64,000 nucleotides of DNA from Octopus vulgaris (GCA_951406725.2 OX597820.1:16120001-16184000); one strand, 5' to 3'. Counted from the stretch's first letter, positions 39,505 to 53,089 are shown. Notes: generated by a model not told the origin, from the letters alone. Program-made: numbers and translations.

Positions 39505-40377
39505 GACACCATCAAAAACAAGACCTCCATCCCTTCCTTAGTTCTGACCTCAGTGACCTCGTGACTGTCCATCCCTTTACGGCTGGCAACTTCACATTCT
39601 TTCCTCTCCTCATTTACCGTATCCATCATCGCGGCAACCAAGCCCAACGTTGTTGTCATCGTCGTTGTCGTCATCATCATCATCGTCATCGTCATTGTCA
39701 TCATCATCATCATCATCATCATCTTTATTACCGCCGTCTCTAATGTTTTACATAGTTCGATCTACTTAAGTTAATGTGTGACAAACAAAATACGAATTTT
39801 GAAAGAAGCTTCTATAAGACTAGTTTTTAAGCATTGAGAAGTAATGGGGGTTCACTAGAGCAAAATAGTAATCAAAGGGGTGCGTAGGTAAAAATAAATC
39901 TATGCATGTATATATGTATGGATATAATGGGTCAAAAATAAGGAGTGCGTTGTATTACGTTGATAAGATTTTCAGAAGTCAAACACGTACAGTAATAAAC
40001 AAACGAACGAGAAAAAGACACAGGAGGTTAAGTTGAAAAACGTATACTAAATGCACAGATAAACGGAGAGCAAACACAGGTCACCAACCCCTCATCAGAT
40101 ATTGGCCAGGGTGTCGAGCGCAATTTCGTGTCATTATCGATAATATAGCTTCCACTCTGGAGGCAACCAGCAAGAGAACTTGCTGGGAGTGCGACCAAAG
40201 CAACAAAACAAAACGAGACGGACAAACAAAGATGAATAAGGGATACGGAAATGGACAAACGAAAATGAATTAAAGCAAATTCGAGACGAGACTATTAGTG
40301 GACGGACGAGGGACAAAAAAGCGAAATAAATAAACAGAATATGGCTTTAGGGCCAGGCGAAGAAAACAAGAAATAAT

Positions 40378-40498
40378 AGGCATGACTGTATGGTAAGAAG
40401 TTTGCTTCCCAACCACATGGTTCGGGGTTCATTTCCACTGCATGGCACCGACCAAAGCCTTGTGAATGGATTTGGCAGACGGAAGCTGAAAGCCCATC

Positions 40499-40565
<67 letters not shown>

Positions 40566-40805
40566 TGTATGTATGTATGTATGTATGTATGTGTGTGTGC
40601 GTGTGTGTGTGTGTGCGCGTGTCTGTGTGTTCCAGTGTTTCTCCCACCCACGAAATCACTTGACATGTTGATGTGTTTACGTCCCTGTAACTTAGTGGTT
40701 TGTCAAAAGATACCGGTAGAATAAGTCCAGGGGTCGATTTCTTCGACTAAAAGGCGGTGCTCCAGCATGGCCACAGTCAAAATGACTGAAACGAGTAAAA
40801 GAAAT
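40378..40805 (+). mobile_element. SINE family B
   Basis: Head, internal microsatellite and tail are recognisable. Confidence 0.7.
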
Positions 40806-41035
40806 AAAGAATATACAACAAAAAAGATGTAATGATATAAAAAAAAACCTTACTCATTTACAGCTGAGTGGACGGGAAACGAAGTATTTTGCCCCCAAAA
40901 CAATGTACAACCCGGTTCGTGAACCGAAACCACGAACTTCTGATCGAGAACGCAGTACACACACACGTACACACACATACGCATGTATACATACATATTT
41001 ACATACATACATACATACATATATACATACATACA

Positions 41036-41070
<35 letters not shown>

Positions 41071-41724
41071 TCTTTCTACATACATACACTGGAGTGTCGC
41101 CTATATTGCTAAGCGCTTTATAGGTGCGAATCCAATGGTCACTCGATGACCGGTCATAGCATTCAACTTCCTCAAAAATAGATTACTGCTCTAGTGCTTT
41201 AGAGCATGATTTATTTAGGAATATAAGAACGACTGACGATATGTGTGTGTGTGTGTGTGTATGCGTTTGTATGTACTTAGTTCACACTTCCGTTTAGTCA
41301 GGAGGTAAACATATGAACCTTACGTGCGTTTTTTCCTGGTTCTCTTCCCATTTCCTTTCTTGCTTTTCTTTCCATTCACTCCTGGACTTTCTTCTGGTAT
41401 TGACGAAGGATAAGTCCAAAACGTTATACTTTTACTACACAACTTGTACCCCTTCTTTCAGAATCGACCTAATAGTTCTTTCTATTATAGGCACTTGCGG
41501 AGGTGCATGGTTTAGTGGTTAGGGTGTTGGACCCGTGATCGTAAGATTGTGGTTTCGATTTTTGGACTGGGTGACGTGTTGTTTTCTTGAGCAAAACACT
41601 TCATTTCCCATTGCCCCAGTTTACACAGCTGGTACAAAATGAATAATCTTGCAAAGAACTGGCGTCCCATCCGGGGTGGAATATATGAAACCAGAGAAAC
41701 AAGGGACACCGTTACGAAATCATA

Positions 41725-42500
41725 CGGACTGACCCCCCTAATGGGCACAAAGCCTGAAATTTTGTAGCGAAGGAAGCTAGTGGATTACATCGACTCCAGC
41801 GCTCAACTGATACTTGTTTTATCGACCCCGAAAGGATGGAAGGCAAAGTCGACCTCGGCGGAATTTGAACTCAGAACGTAGCGGCAGACGAAATACCCAT
41901 TTCTTTACTGCCCACAAGGGGCTAAACACAGAGGGGACAAACAAAGACAGACAGACGGATTAAGTCGATTACGTCGACCCTAGTGCGTAACTGGTACTTA
42001 TTTTATCGACCCCGAAAGGATGAAAGGCAAAGTCGACCTCGGCGGAATTTGAACTCAGAACGTAGCGGCAGACGAAATACCCATTTCTTTACTACACACA
42101 AGGGGCTAAACACAGAGGGGACAAACAATGACAGACAAACAGATTAAGTCGATTACATCGACCACCAGTGCGTAACTGGTACTTAATTTATCGACCCTGA
42201 AAGGATGAAAGGCAAAGTCGACCTCGGCGGAATTTGAACTCAGAACGTAACGGCAGACGGAATACCCATTTCTTTACTACATACAGGGGGCTAAACACAG
42301 AGGGGCAAAACAATGACAGACAAACAGATTAAGTCGATTACGTCGACCCTAGTGCGTAACTGGTACTTATTTTATCGACCCCGAAAGGATGAAAGGCGAA
42401 GTCGACCTCGGCGGAATTTGAACTCAGAACGGTGAGCTGAAAGAAATGCCGCTAAGCCTTTTGTCAGGTGCGTTAACGATTCTTCCACCTCGCTGCTTTC
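41725..42500 (-). repeat. SINE family A tandem array (about 3 full bodies plus a short-tail body)
   Basis: Period about 184, with atttctttact at about 41899, 42083 and 42268. Confidence 0.85.
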
Positions 42501-42572
42501 CACATCGACCGAATAATATCGACTGTCGACGTCCTCTGCACTCTTGTTGTGCTTTGCTATCTTATTTGCTAT

Positions 42573-42574
<2 letters not shown>

Positions 42575-42641
<67 letters not shown>

Positions 42642-42758
42642 ATCTTTCTATCTGTCTATCTATCTGTTTCTCTCTCTCTTTCTCCCACTTTCTCTCGCTT
42701 TCTCTTTCTTTCTCCCACTTCTCTCTCTCTCTTTCTCCCTCCTTCTCCCACTTTACTT

Positions 42759-42789
<31 letters not shown>

Positions 42790-43170
42790 ATCTGCCTATC
42801 TATGTGTCTATCTATCTGTTTCTCTCTCTCTTTCTCCCACTTTCTTTCGCTTTCTCTTTCTTTTTTCCACTTTCTCTCTCTCTTTCTCCCTCCTTCTCCC
42901 ACTTTACTTTCTCTCTTACTCCCACTGTCTCTTTCTCTCTCTTTCTCTCTCTTTCTCCCACTATCTCTCTTTCTTTCTCACTTGCTCCAACTTTCTCTCT
43001 CTCTTTCTCCCTCTTTCTCCCACTTTAATTTCTCTCTCTCTTTTTCTCTTACTCTCACTTTCTCTTTCTCTCTCTTTCTCTCCCTTTCTCCCACTATCTC
43101 TCTTTCTTTCTCACTTTCTCCAACTTTCCACCCCCCACTCTCTCTCTCTTCTCTCTCTCTCCCTCCCTCT
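42575..43170 (+). repeat. Long polypyrimidine low-complexity tract with recurring TTTCTCCCACT
   Basis: About 600 bp of almost pure C/T. Confidence 0.85.
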
Positions 43171-44014
43171 AAGTGTGTCGTTACGTGTATACGTACATAC
43201 ATACGTACATACACACATACATACATACATACACACACACACGAACACACACATACATACATACATACATACTTACATACACACACACATACATACACAC
43301 ACACATACATACATACATGCATACATACATTCACACACATACACATACATACATATTCACATATACAGAATATCTGCACACTACCAACATACGTCCATGA
43401 CGATAGCTGTCCTTCATCTTTGAAATGCTTTGACGTTATCCTCCCGTCTCTCCTTTAAAAGGATCGCCATTAATATATGCATGAGAGAGAAAAAAAACAC
43501 AAGCGGAACAGAACTTAACATTTCTCTTGTACCTAATCCTTTACTACTTTCCGTTGTTTATTCATAGAAAAGTTACAGGTGTTTGGTTCATTAAGTTTTA
43601 AAAAAAGAGGCTGTTGTGCTGACTTCCGTTCTCTTTTCACTTTAAATATCTTTCAATGAAGCCAGAACAATAGACGTTTAATAGGTCCCAACTGGTAAAG
43701 GCTTGGCTGAACACGTCAATCGAAGTCCGAATATGTCAGTACATGTGAATTGAGGAAGTAAAATATCTAGTTTTGCCAGTCTTCTTGTCGATAATATGCC
43801 ATGTTATCTTTTCGTGCTGTGAGATAAGCGTATCTCATAACACTTACGTTTTAATGTTTTAACGATACGCAGAAAATATAACTTGTCCAATCACGTTTAT
43901 CGATTTGCTTTTTCGATAGATTAAGAGTTTGTGATCTTTTTTTTTTTTTATTTCTTCCGTTCATTGAAAGTTTGTAACATCTTGATCATTGATATATCCT
44001 GTTCTTTTATAAGA

Positions 44015-44650
44015 TGGTGGTGATCTGACAGAATCGTTAGCACGCCGGGCGAAATGCTTTTGTGGTATTTCGCCTGTCGCTACGTTCTGAGTTCAAATTC
44101 CGCCGAGGTCGACTTTGCCTTTCATCCTTTCGGGGTCGATTAAATAAGCACCAGTTACGCACTGGGGTCGTTATAATCGACTTAATCCGTTTGTCTGTCC
44201 TTGTTTGTCCCCTCTATGTATAGCCCCTTGTGGGCAATAAAAAAATAAGAATCGCTAGAGCATCGGAGTAAAATGTTCAGCGGAATTTCTTCCAGCTCTT
44301 TACGTCTTGAGTTCAAATTCCGCTGAGGTTGACTTTGTCGAGGCCGGCAAAAGAAATACCAGCCAAGAACTGGCGTCGATGTAATCGACTTCCTCTCCAC
44401 TTAAAATTGCCAGCCTTGTGCCAAAATTAGAAAGGATTATTACTAAAGCAGTGAACTTGTAGAACCGTCAGCATGCCGGACAAAATGTTTAGCTAAACTT
44501 AGTCCGTCTTTATGCTCAGAGCTCAGATTCCGTCGATGTCGACTTTACCATTCATCCTCTCAGAGTTGATAATTAAGTACCAGTTGAACACGGGGGTCGA
44601 TGTAATCAGCTTACTCTTCTAAAATTGCTAGCCTTGTACCAAAATTTGAA
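44015..44650 (+). mobile_element. Three consecutive SINE family A copies of differing age
   Basis: Heads at about 44015, 44250 and 44448. Confidence 0.7.
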
Positions 44651-45281
44651 ACTATTATTATGTTTTTGTTTTCTTCTTTCTTCAAATTTTCTTCCGTTCC
44701 TCGTCGAGTGTTTTCCATGCACCTAGGGCAGAGAAGCTCATTGTATGCATTCCCAGATTACACGCGCAAATTCACAGACAAAATATGTATTTAAAAATTA
44801 ATTGCTAGCTGGATTTCGGCTCCTCCAAATTCTGTAGGAGTTTGCGGTGTGTTTCTCTTGGGTTGGCCTACTTAATGCAAAGTAATAAGCATATATTACT
44901 TCTTTATATTCTTCCCGGTTCCATTTAGTTCTTTTACTTTTTGAGCTTTCTGGTCGTTGTTGGTGAACTTTGGGAGCTTAATTTGGGACAAATCCCGTTT
45001 AAGTGACCTTCCAGGTTCGTATTCGGGGAAGACATTCTGCCATTTGAAACTTTTTCGCCATCAGACTTGGCAGCCTCCTGACGGGCGCGCTTCCTGTATA
45101 ACCATTGGACAAGCGATTCGGTGTACTGTTAATAATTTTTTTTTCAAGTAAAGTTAAACTATTATTAAGTTTTCATTTTTTAAAAATAATAAATAAATAA
45201 AAATAAAAAATAATAAAATGAAATTTAAAAAATATATAAAAAATTTTATTATTATTATTATTTTTATTATTATTATTATTA

Positions 45282-45342
<61 letters not shown>

Positions 45343-45344
45343 GT

Positions 45345-45880
45345 GAGAGAGCAATGTGAGCCATCAAAGTGACACTGGGGTACAAATATACGAAGCCCAG
45401 TATACCCATCATGACTACCCGTCTGATAAGAGTACACCAGCCACATGCATCACAACCATATCTGCACGGCATGGTGATCTCATATCAAGATAAATAGCAT
45501 ATGACTTTGCAGGTGGGGCCCATTTAGAATTTTCTTCAGGTTGAGTAGCCCATCCCGCTCAAAGGATCCCTGAATAAGGGTTGCTTAAGGATGTTCAACG
45601 AAACACCCATGTTTCCAAAGTTGAACTATTCAAACCAGAAAGAATTCCTCTCAACACATGGCCATGATGCTCCCCCACTACTTATGCTCGTTAATAGAGA
45701 TGCCACTAAAGGACATGCTCAACTGGGTAAAGTCAAACAACCAACAAACAAAGCTGTGTTATTGAGCAGAATATTTGCTGCAGCCCATCTTTTATACCAA
45801 GACAAATCCATGTACATGTAAACACTTCCCATCAGTTAAGAGAAACCATGAGAGCCACTGACTAGTATTGCATCAGGGTG
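45345..45880 (-). mobile_element. Apparently complete copy of the ~540-bp (TAA)n-associated repeat
   Basis: Flanked by TTA/TAA tracts and homologous to 163-385 and 17745-18152. Confidence 0.65.
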
Positions 45881-45888
45881 TAATTATC

Positions 45889-45943
<55 letters not shown>

Positions 45944-46304
45944 GGCCAACAGGCAGAATTGTTAGCACACTGGGCAAAACAAAATGCTTAACATCTTCAT
46001 TTTCATTTGCTATTATTGCACGCTATTTTCAGGAAGATTCCAGTCATGTGAAGTTTATGAGTAAAAGAATTTATCTCAAAACGTGTCAAAAATAATAAAT
46101 TATAACTACGTTGAGATCGTGTTAAATTTCTTTCAAGCGCTTCCATTATTCAAAATTTTCACCAAAACATAAAATTTTCAACAGAATATTTTCAAGAAAT
46201 GTATTTTCATGGTAATAACGAAAATCCTATTCCGAGGAATTAATAATAAAAGTTACATAATTTTTTCCATACAAATTAATGATAAAGTTATGTAATTATA
46301 GTCA

Positions 46305-46605
46305 GTGGAAGCGCATGGCTTAGTGGTAAGGATGTTGCACTCCTGATTGTAAGATTGTGGTTTCGATTCCTGGACCGGGTGATGTGTTGTGCTCTTGAGC
46401 AAAACACTTCACTTCACGTTGCTCTAGTCCACTTAGCTGTAGGAATGAGTACCGCTAGTGGAGGCGCGTCACTTAGTGGTTAGGGTGTTGGATTCACAAC
46501 CGTAAGATTGTGGCTTCAATCCCTGGACCTGACGATCCACTGTGTTCTTGAGCAAAACACTTCATTTCATGTTGCTCCAGCCCACCCAGCTGTAGAAATG
46601 AGTTT
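46305..46605 (+). mobile_element. Two tandem tRNA-derived SINE heads
   Basis: gtggaagcgcatggcttagtgg..ggtttcgattcc..ttgagcaaaacacttca occurs twice. A related copy lies at 41497-41720. Confidence 0.65.
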
Positions 46606-46786
46606 AGCCTGAAGAGGGATCGGCTCCATCAAGCTTTCTCAGCAAGACACGCTGCATTGCTGCAGTATTCCAACGACCCCCAGCGGGTTAAGGGACTTGT
46701 CAATAATCAATTATAGCCAATCGGAAGCCTCCAATCAGGTGAAATATTTAAATGCTTCAAGTTGTTGAAAGAAATTTAGCAAAATA

Positions 46787-46952
46787 GGCGTAGGAGTGGC
46801 TGTGTGGTAAGTAGCTTGCTTACCAACCACATGGTTCCGGGTTCAGTCCCACTGCGTGGCATCTTGGGCAAGTGTCTTCTACCGTAGCCTCAGGCCGACC
46901 AAAGCCTTGTGAATGGATTTGGTAGAGGGAAACTGAAAGAACCCCGTCGTAA

Positions 46953-47009
<57 letters not shown>

Positions 47010-47187
47010 TGTGCCTGTATTTGGTGTGTTTACTTTCCCGTACCCTAGCAGTTCGGCAAAAGAGACTGATAGAATAAGTACTGGGCTTACAAAGAATAAG
47101 TCTTGGGGTCGATTTGCTCGATTAAAGGCGGTGCTCCAGCATGGCCACAGTCAAATGACTGAAACAAGTAAAAGAGTAAAAGAGTAA
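46787..47187 (+). mobile_element. Full-length SINE family B
   Basis: ggcgtaggagtggctgtgtggtaag ... (agtaaaag)n tail. Confidence 0.8.
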
Positions 47188-47600
47188 AATTCCTACGTTG
47201 CAAAAATGTTTTACGAATGTCGAAGAATTTTCTCAAGAAATAAAAAACAACTGTGTTTACGACTGATGTCGATCTTCGGGTTAACCGAAATGTTGAGTAT
47301 TTTAGTGAAAAAATTTACAGAATCTATTAAATCATCTCCTAACCTTTGTGCTTCTTTTCACTGCACTGTACACAACATCAGGCTTTAAATATTTCGAATA
47401 TGTGATAGCAGTTGTGACAAAGATAAATTTATAGCTACCAGGGTTTTGCATAAACGAGTATTTGATTCACTTTTAAATTTATTAAAACTCTTTACTATAG
47501 TTAACTAAATTAAATTGTCTTACAAAGAATTGTTAACAACATGAGATCGACTAGTTTGTGATTGACTAGTTTGTCCAATGATTAAATGTTATATAGGGAG

Positions 47601-47980
47601 TGTGGAGGCGCAATGGTCCAGTGGTTAGGGAAGCGGACTCGCGGTCGTAGGATCGCGGTTTCGATTCCGAGACTGGGCGTTGTGAGTGTTTATTGAGCGT
47701 AAACACCTGAATTTCCACGAGGTTCCAGCAGAAGTGGTGGCGATCCCTGATGTACTCTTTCACCACAATTTCTTTTCACTCTTTCTTCCTGTTTCTGTTG
47801 TACCTGTATTTCAAAGGGCCAGCCTTGTCACACTCTGTGTTACGCTGAATCTCCTCGAGAACTACGTTGATGGTACACGTGTCTGTGGAGTGCTCAGCGA
47901 CTTGCACGTAAATTTCATAAGCATGCTGTTCCGTTGATCGGATCAACTGAAACCCTCGTCGTCGTAACCGACGGAGTGCC
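47601..47980 (+). mobile_element. Full-length SINE family C
   Basis: A box tggtccagtgg, B box gtttcgattcc, tail aaccgacggagtgcc. Confidence 0.8.
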
Positions 47981-48174
47981 ACGACGATATAGAGAGTGAT
48001 ATATAAGAGTGAAAGATATATGTTTATATATAAATTGATATATAAATTGATATATAAAGCGATGTATAAAAGTGTGGGTTTTTTTTCGTTGATTTGCAAG
48101 ATTCTTGATGTGAACTCGTGTGTTGAAACATTGTATCTCGGGAGGGTCATCACACTAATAATACATACACGATA

Positions 48175-48580
48175 GCAGAAATGTTAGCACGCCGAGCGAA
48201 ATGCTCAGCGGCATTTCGTCTGCCGCTACGTTCTGAGTTCAAATTCCACCGAGGTCGACTTTGCCTTTCATCCTTTGAGGGTCGATTAAATAAGTACCAG
48301 TTACGCACTGGGGTCGATATAATCGACTTAATCCGTTTGTCTGTCCTTGTTTGTCCTCTCTGTGTTTAGCCCCTTGTGGGTAGTAAAGAAATAGGTACTT
48401 CGTCTGCCGCTACATTCTGAGTTCAAATTCCGCCGCGGTCGACTTTGCCTTTCATCCTATCGGGGTCGATTAAATAAGTACCAGTTATGCACTGGGGTCG
48501 ATGTAATCGACTTAATTCGTTTGTCTGTCCTTGTTTGTCCCCTCTATGTTTAACCCCCTGTGGTTAATAAATAAATAAAT
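48175..48580 (+). mobile_element. SINE family A, head plus 2 bodies
   Basis: Junction aaagaaata-ggtacttcgtctgcc at about 48390. Confidence 0.8.
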
Positions 48581-49245
48581 AAATACACGCATTGGTTCTA
48601 TTTCACTTCTTTTATTAATTATAAGTGGACTTTTTTTTTTTTTTCTAGTTTCAACTCAGAGCTGCGGCTATGCTGATGCACCGTCGTTAACATTTAGACA
48701 ATTATCTAATCGATTTATTTGATTTGTTAACATTTAAACAATCAAGTAATCGATCGTTTGATTAATCTCTCGGTCAATCAATCAATAAGCTAAGTTTATC
48801 AAAGTCCTTTCGTCGCTATTCCCAACCGTATCCACAATCGACTACTTAATTACTCAAATGTTAACGAATTGACAAATAATGATAAAAGAAGTTAAATGGA
48901 ACCAATGAGTGGCATAATGACCCTCCCAAAATACAACCAAAAAAAATAGATAAATGTGATCTATCAAACAGGATGGAGCATCGTTTTTGTCTACTAGAAG
49001 ATTTGTTTTTGTTTTTTGTCCATTTTCATAGACTTTTCATTGCAGCTGAATTAATGTTCAAGATTTGGGGGAAATCTGAGAGGTGATATTTTGCGAGGTC
49101 AAAGCAGCTAGCTGGCAGTTTCTTTAACGTACCGAACAAAAGGCTTAGCTGCATTTCGTCTGCCTTTCCTCTTGCCTTTCGTCCTTTCGCATTTGATAGA
49201 ATAGGTACCAGTTGAGAATAGGTACCAGTTGAATAGGTACCAATA

Positions 49246-49850
49246 AGGCGGCGAGCTGGTAGAAATATTAGCACGCCGGGCGAAATGCTTAGCGGTATTT
49301 CATCTGCCGTTACATTATGAGTTCAAATTCTGCCGAGGTCGACTTCGCCTTTCATCCTTTCGGGATCGATTAAATAAGTACCAGTTACGCACTGGGGTCG
49401 ATATAATCGACTTAATCCGTTTATCTGTCTTTGTTTGTTCTCTCTGTGTTTAGCCCCTTGTGGGTAGTAAAGAAATAGGTATTTTGTCTACCGCTACGTT
49501 CTGAGTTCAAATTCCGCCGAGGTCGACTTTGCCTTTCATTCTTTCGGGGTCGATAAATTAAGTACCAGTTACGCACTGGGGTCGATGGAATCGACTTAAT
49601 CCGTTTGTCTGTCCTTGTTTGTCCTCTCTATGTTTAGCCCCTTGTGGGTAATAAAGAAATAGGTATTTCGTTTGCCGCTATGTTCTGAGTTCAAATTCTG
49701 CCGAGGTTGACTTTGCCTTTCATCCTTTCGGGATCGATTAAATAAGTACCAGTTACGCACTGGGGTCGATATGGTCGACTTAATCCGTTTATCTGCCCTT
49801 GTTTGTCCCCTCTGTGTGTAGCCCCTTGTGGGTAGTAAAGAAATAAGAAT
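49246..49850 (+). repeat. SINE family A, head plus 3 bodies
   Basis: Junctions aaagaaata-ggtattt at about 49477 and 49661. Confidence 0.85.
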
Positions 49851-50175
49851 AGGTACCAGTTGAGCACTGGGGTCGATGTAATCACTTAACACCACTCCAC
49901 CTCCCACGAAATTGCTGGCTTTGTGTCCAAATTTGGAACCAATATTTTCCTTGGTCAAAACGGTGAACTGGCAGAATCAGTAGCATGCCTGGCAAAATGC
50001 TAAACAGCATTTCATCCGTATTTACGTTCTGTGTTCAAATTCCTTCGAGGTCAAGATTGTCTTTCACCATTGGGTCGATAAAGTAAATACCAGTTGTGCA
50101 TTGAGATAGATGTGATCTACTTATCCCTGCCTTCGAAATTGCTGGCCTCAAGCCAAAATTTGGAACCAATATTTT

Positions 50176-50468
50176 CCTTCTCGGGCCATGCCTGACTCAT
50201 AAGGGCCGGTTTCCCGGTTTCCTTAGCGTATAGGTTCCCACCTGGACGGGACGCCGGTTCGTCACAGGTGAGCTGCAAGAGGCAGGAGGAAAGTGTGAGA
50301 GAAAGTTGTGGTGAAAGAGTCAGCAGAAGGTCGCCATTACCTTCTGCCGGAGCCGCGTGGAGATTAGGCGTTTCGCTCATAAACACACTCATCGCCCGGT
50401 CTGAGATTCGAACGCGCAATCCCTCGACCGCGAGTCCCGCTGCTCTAACCACTAGGCCATGTACCTCC
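50176..50468 (-). mobile_element. SINE family C head with a third type of tail, 12-bp TSD
   Basis: TSD AACCAATATTTT at 50164-50175 and 50469-50480. Confidence 0.75.
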
Positions 50469-50959
50469 AACCAATATTTTGCTTTGTCAAGAGTTGTAAC
50501 AGTAAACTCAGCATATTTCAACGTGGTTTAGAAAGTACATGTTTGAAGTGCTTCCTGAGAACAAGAATTATTATTATTATTATTTTTTTTTTTTTTTGAA
50601 AAATGCAACTCTAAGAATCGTATTTTCTTCTATATCTGCGTAATTCAGAGAGTTAGAGAAAAATCAATACAATTTATAAAATAAGCTAATGAAGTAGATT
50701 TGAAATTAGATGCGTTTGAATGGTTGGATTTAAGAGATCAAGAAGTACAGTCAACGGCCTTCCATTCCAAACTTCTTCGGAAGCAAAGGAATTCGTCACA
50801 TTAAAAGGTGATTTTGAAGAATGCGAACGTGAAAACGTACGAGTAATTGGGCTATTCTCATGAGAGATGGACCAAAACAGGTTTTCAAAAACTGCTTAGA
50901 ATGCCCAGAAAAATTACTATAAACAGATAAAAGTATAATGAATTGACTCGTTTTTGATC

Positions 50960-51385
50960 AGGCGCAGGTATGGCTGTGGGGTAAGAAGTTTGCATCGCAA
51001 CCCTGTTGTTTCTGGTTCAGTCCCACTGCATGGCACCTTGAGCGAATACCTTCTACTATAGCCTCAGGCCAACCAAAGCCGTGGAAATAGGCTTGGTAGA
51101 CGGAAACTGAAAGAAGCCTGTCGTATATATGTGCGTGTGTGTATTTTTGTTTGTGTTTAACCCCCCCCCACATTCACACACACCCATACACTCACCGCTT
51201 GATAACCGGTGTTGGGTTGTTTACGTTCATCGCTGTTTTAGCAAAAGAGAACGATGGAATAAATACCAGGCTTTAAAGAAAGAAAGAAAAGTATTGGCGT
51301 TGATTTGTTCGACTAAAATTCTTCAAGGCGGTGCCCCAGCATGGCCGCAGTCAAATAACTGAAACGAGTAAAACACAAAAGATGA
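50960..51385 (+). mobile_element. Old SINE family B copy
   Basis: ggcgcaggtatggctgtggggtaag...ggccgcagtcaaataactgaaac. Confidence 0.7.
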
Positions 51386-51412
51386 AGGATGTCAACATTA
51401 GGACAATTTTTT

Positions 51413-51811
51413 ATTTCTTTACTGCCCACAAGGGTCTACACAAAGAGGGGACAAACAAGGGCAGACAAAGGGATTAAGTCGATTATATCGACCCCAGTGT
51501 GTAACTGGTACTTATGTAATCGACCCCGAAAGGATGATGGCAAACTCGACTTCGGCGGAATTTGAACTCAGAACGTAGCAGCAGACGAAATACCTATTTC
51601 TTTACTACCCACAAGGGGCTAAACACAGAGAGGACAAACAGATTAAGTCGATTATATCGACCCAGTGCGTAACTGGTACTTAATTAATCGACCCCGAAAG
51701 GATGAAAGGCAAAGTCGACCTCGGCGGAATTTGAACTCAGAACGTAACGGCAGACGAAATACCGGTAAGCATTTCGCCCGGCGTGCTGACGTTTCTGCCA
51801 GCTCGCCGCCC
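51413..51811 (-). mobile_element. SINE family A, head plus 2 bodies
   Basis: Junction gacgaaatacctatttcttt at about 51590. Confidence 0.8.
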
Positions 51812-52884
51812 TCCATTAGAACAATTTCTTCCAGATCTGCGCAGCGTTGCCTTTAACAGGAAACTATTAATCGCATTATGTCACATTAATTTTTGTGCCC
51901 TGCTCCACATTAAGTAAATTAGAATTCTAACCACAGACATTGTTATCAGAGCAAACTCATTAGCGTGTTTTCAAATTACAAGATCAATGTAAATAAATAT
52001 ACGCCAAGAGGTTTTTTATCCTGTTTTGGAGAAATTCAGACGAATTAGCAATTGGTATTTTCAGATGAAAAAAGGCAGTAGGTTGGCGTACGCATGCGCA
52101 CACACACACACGGCAGGCTTCTTTCAGCTTCCGTTCACCAAATCTATTCCCACGGCTTTGGTCGGCCTAAGGCTATAGTAGAACAGGTAGCATGCCGGTT
52201 AAAATGCTTAGCAGTATTTCGTTCGACTTTACGCTCTGAGTTTAAAAAATATCCGCCGAGGTCGACTTTGCATTTCATTCTTTTGAGGTCGATAAATTAA
52301 GTACCAGTAAAATACTGGGGTAGATGTAATCGACTAGCCCCCTCCCCCAAAATTTAAGGCCTTGTGCCTCCAGTAGAAAGGATTATTATTTTCACTTATT
52401 TTCGTCCGTCGCTGGATTCTGAGCTCAAATGCCACCGAGATCGACTTTGCCTTTCATCTTTTCAGGGTCGATAAATTAAGTACCAGTTAAGTATTGGGAT
52501 CGATGTAGCCGACTATCCGCCTCCTCCGAATTTGCTGTCTCTTGTGCCTAAATTTGAAACTAATATTTTTTGTGGAAAAAATTATTTTATGAGATTTCAC
52601 ATACGTCACAAATTATGGATTCTCTTCAAAAAATTTAACGTATATTCCAAGTAGGAAATTTTTTTCTTTCATACTTACTTGGGTAGTCAAACTTTACAAG
52701 GGAAAATGAATCAATACAATTCTTGCAAATTCTCAGGATTTACAGCTTAGATATTTTGTAAATTTCATCTCTGACTGTCGCGTATATCACGCGAGAATGA
52801 CCCAATTATGAATAAACGTTCAGATTAAGAACTTTTGAAAGTGTAAAAGTGAACTTGCGAAAATTTTGGCGCTCTCTTACTCTC

Positions 52885-53089
52885 TCTTTACTCTTTTACT
52901 TCTTTCAGTCATTTGACTGTGGCCATGCTGGAGCACCGCCTTTAGTCGAGCAAATCGACCCCCAGGACTGATTCTTCGTAAGCCTAGTACATATTCTATT
53001 GGTCTCTTTTGCTGAACCGCTAAGTGACGGGAACGTCAACACACCAACATCGGTTGTTAAGTGATGTTGGGGGAGCAAACACAGAAACA

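Noticed and set aside
39249-39743. Poly-N/Y/H and poly-I/M ORFs
   Set aside because: Trinucleotide microsatellites.
40088-40098. CTGATGA box on the minus strand
   Set aside because: No stem II or GAAA box follows.
42446-43458. 325-aa and 304-aa ORFs
   Set aside because: Translations of CT-rich and (CATA)n low-complexity tracts with no domain content.
47601-47680. tRNA gene
   Set aside because: The tRNA-like A/B boxes run straight into a multi-copy SINE body. It is a SINE head, as are the other tRNA-like hits.
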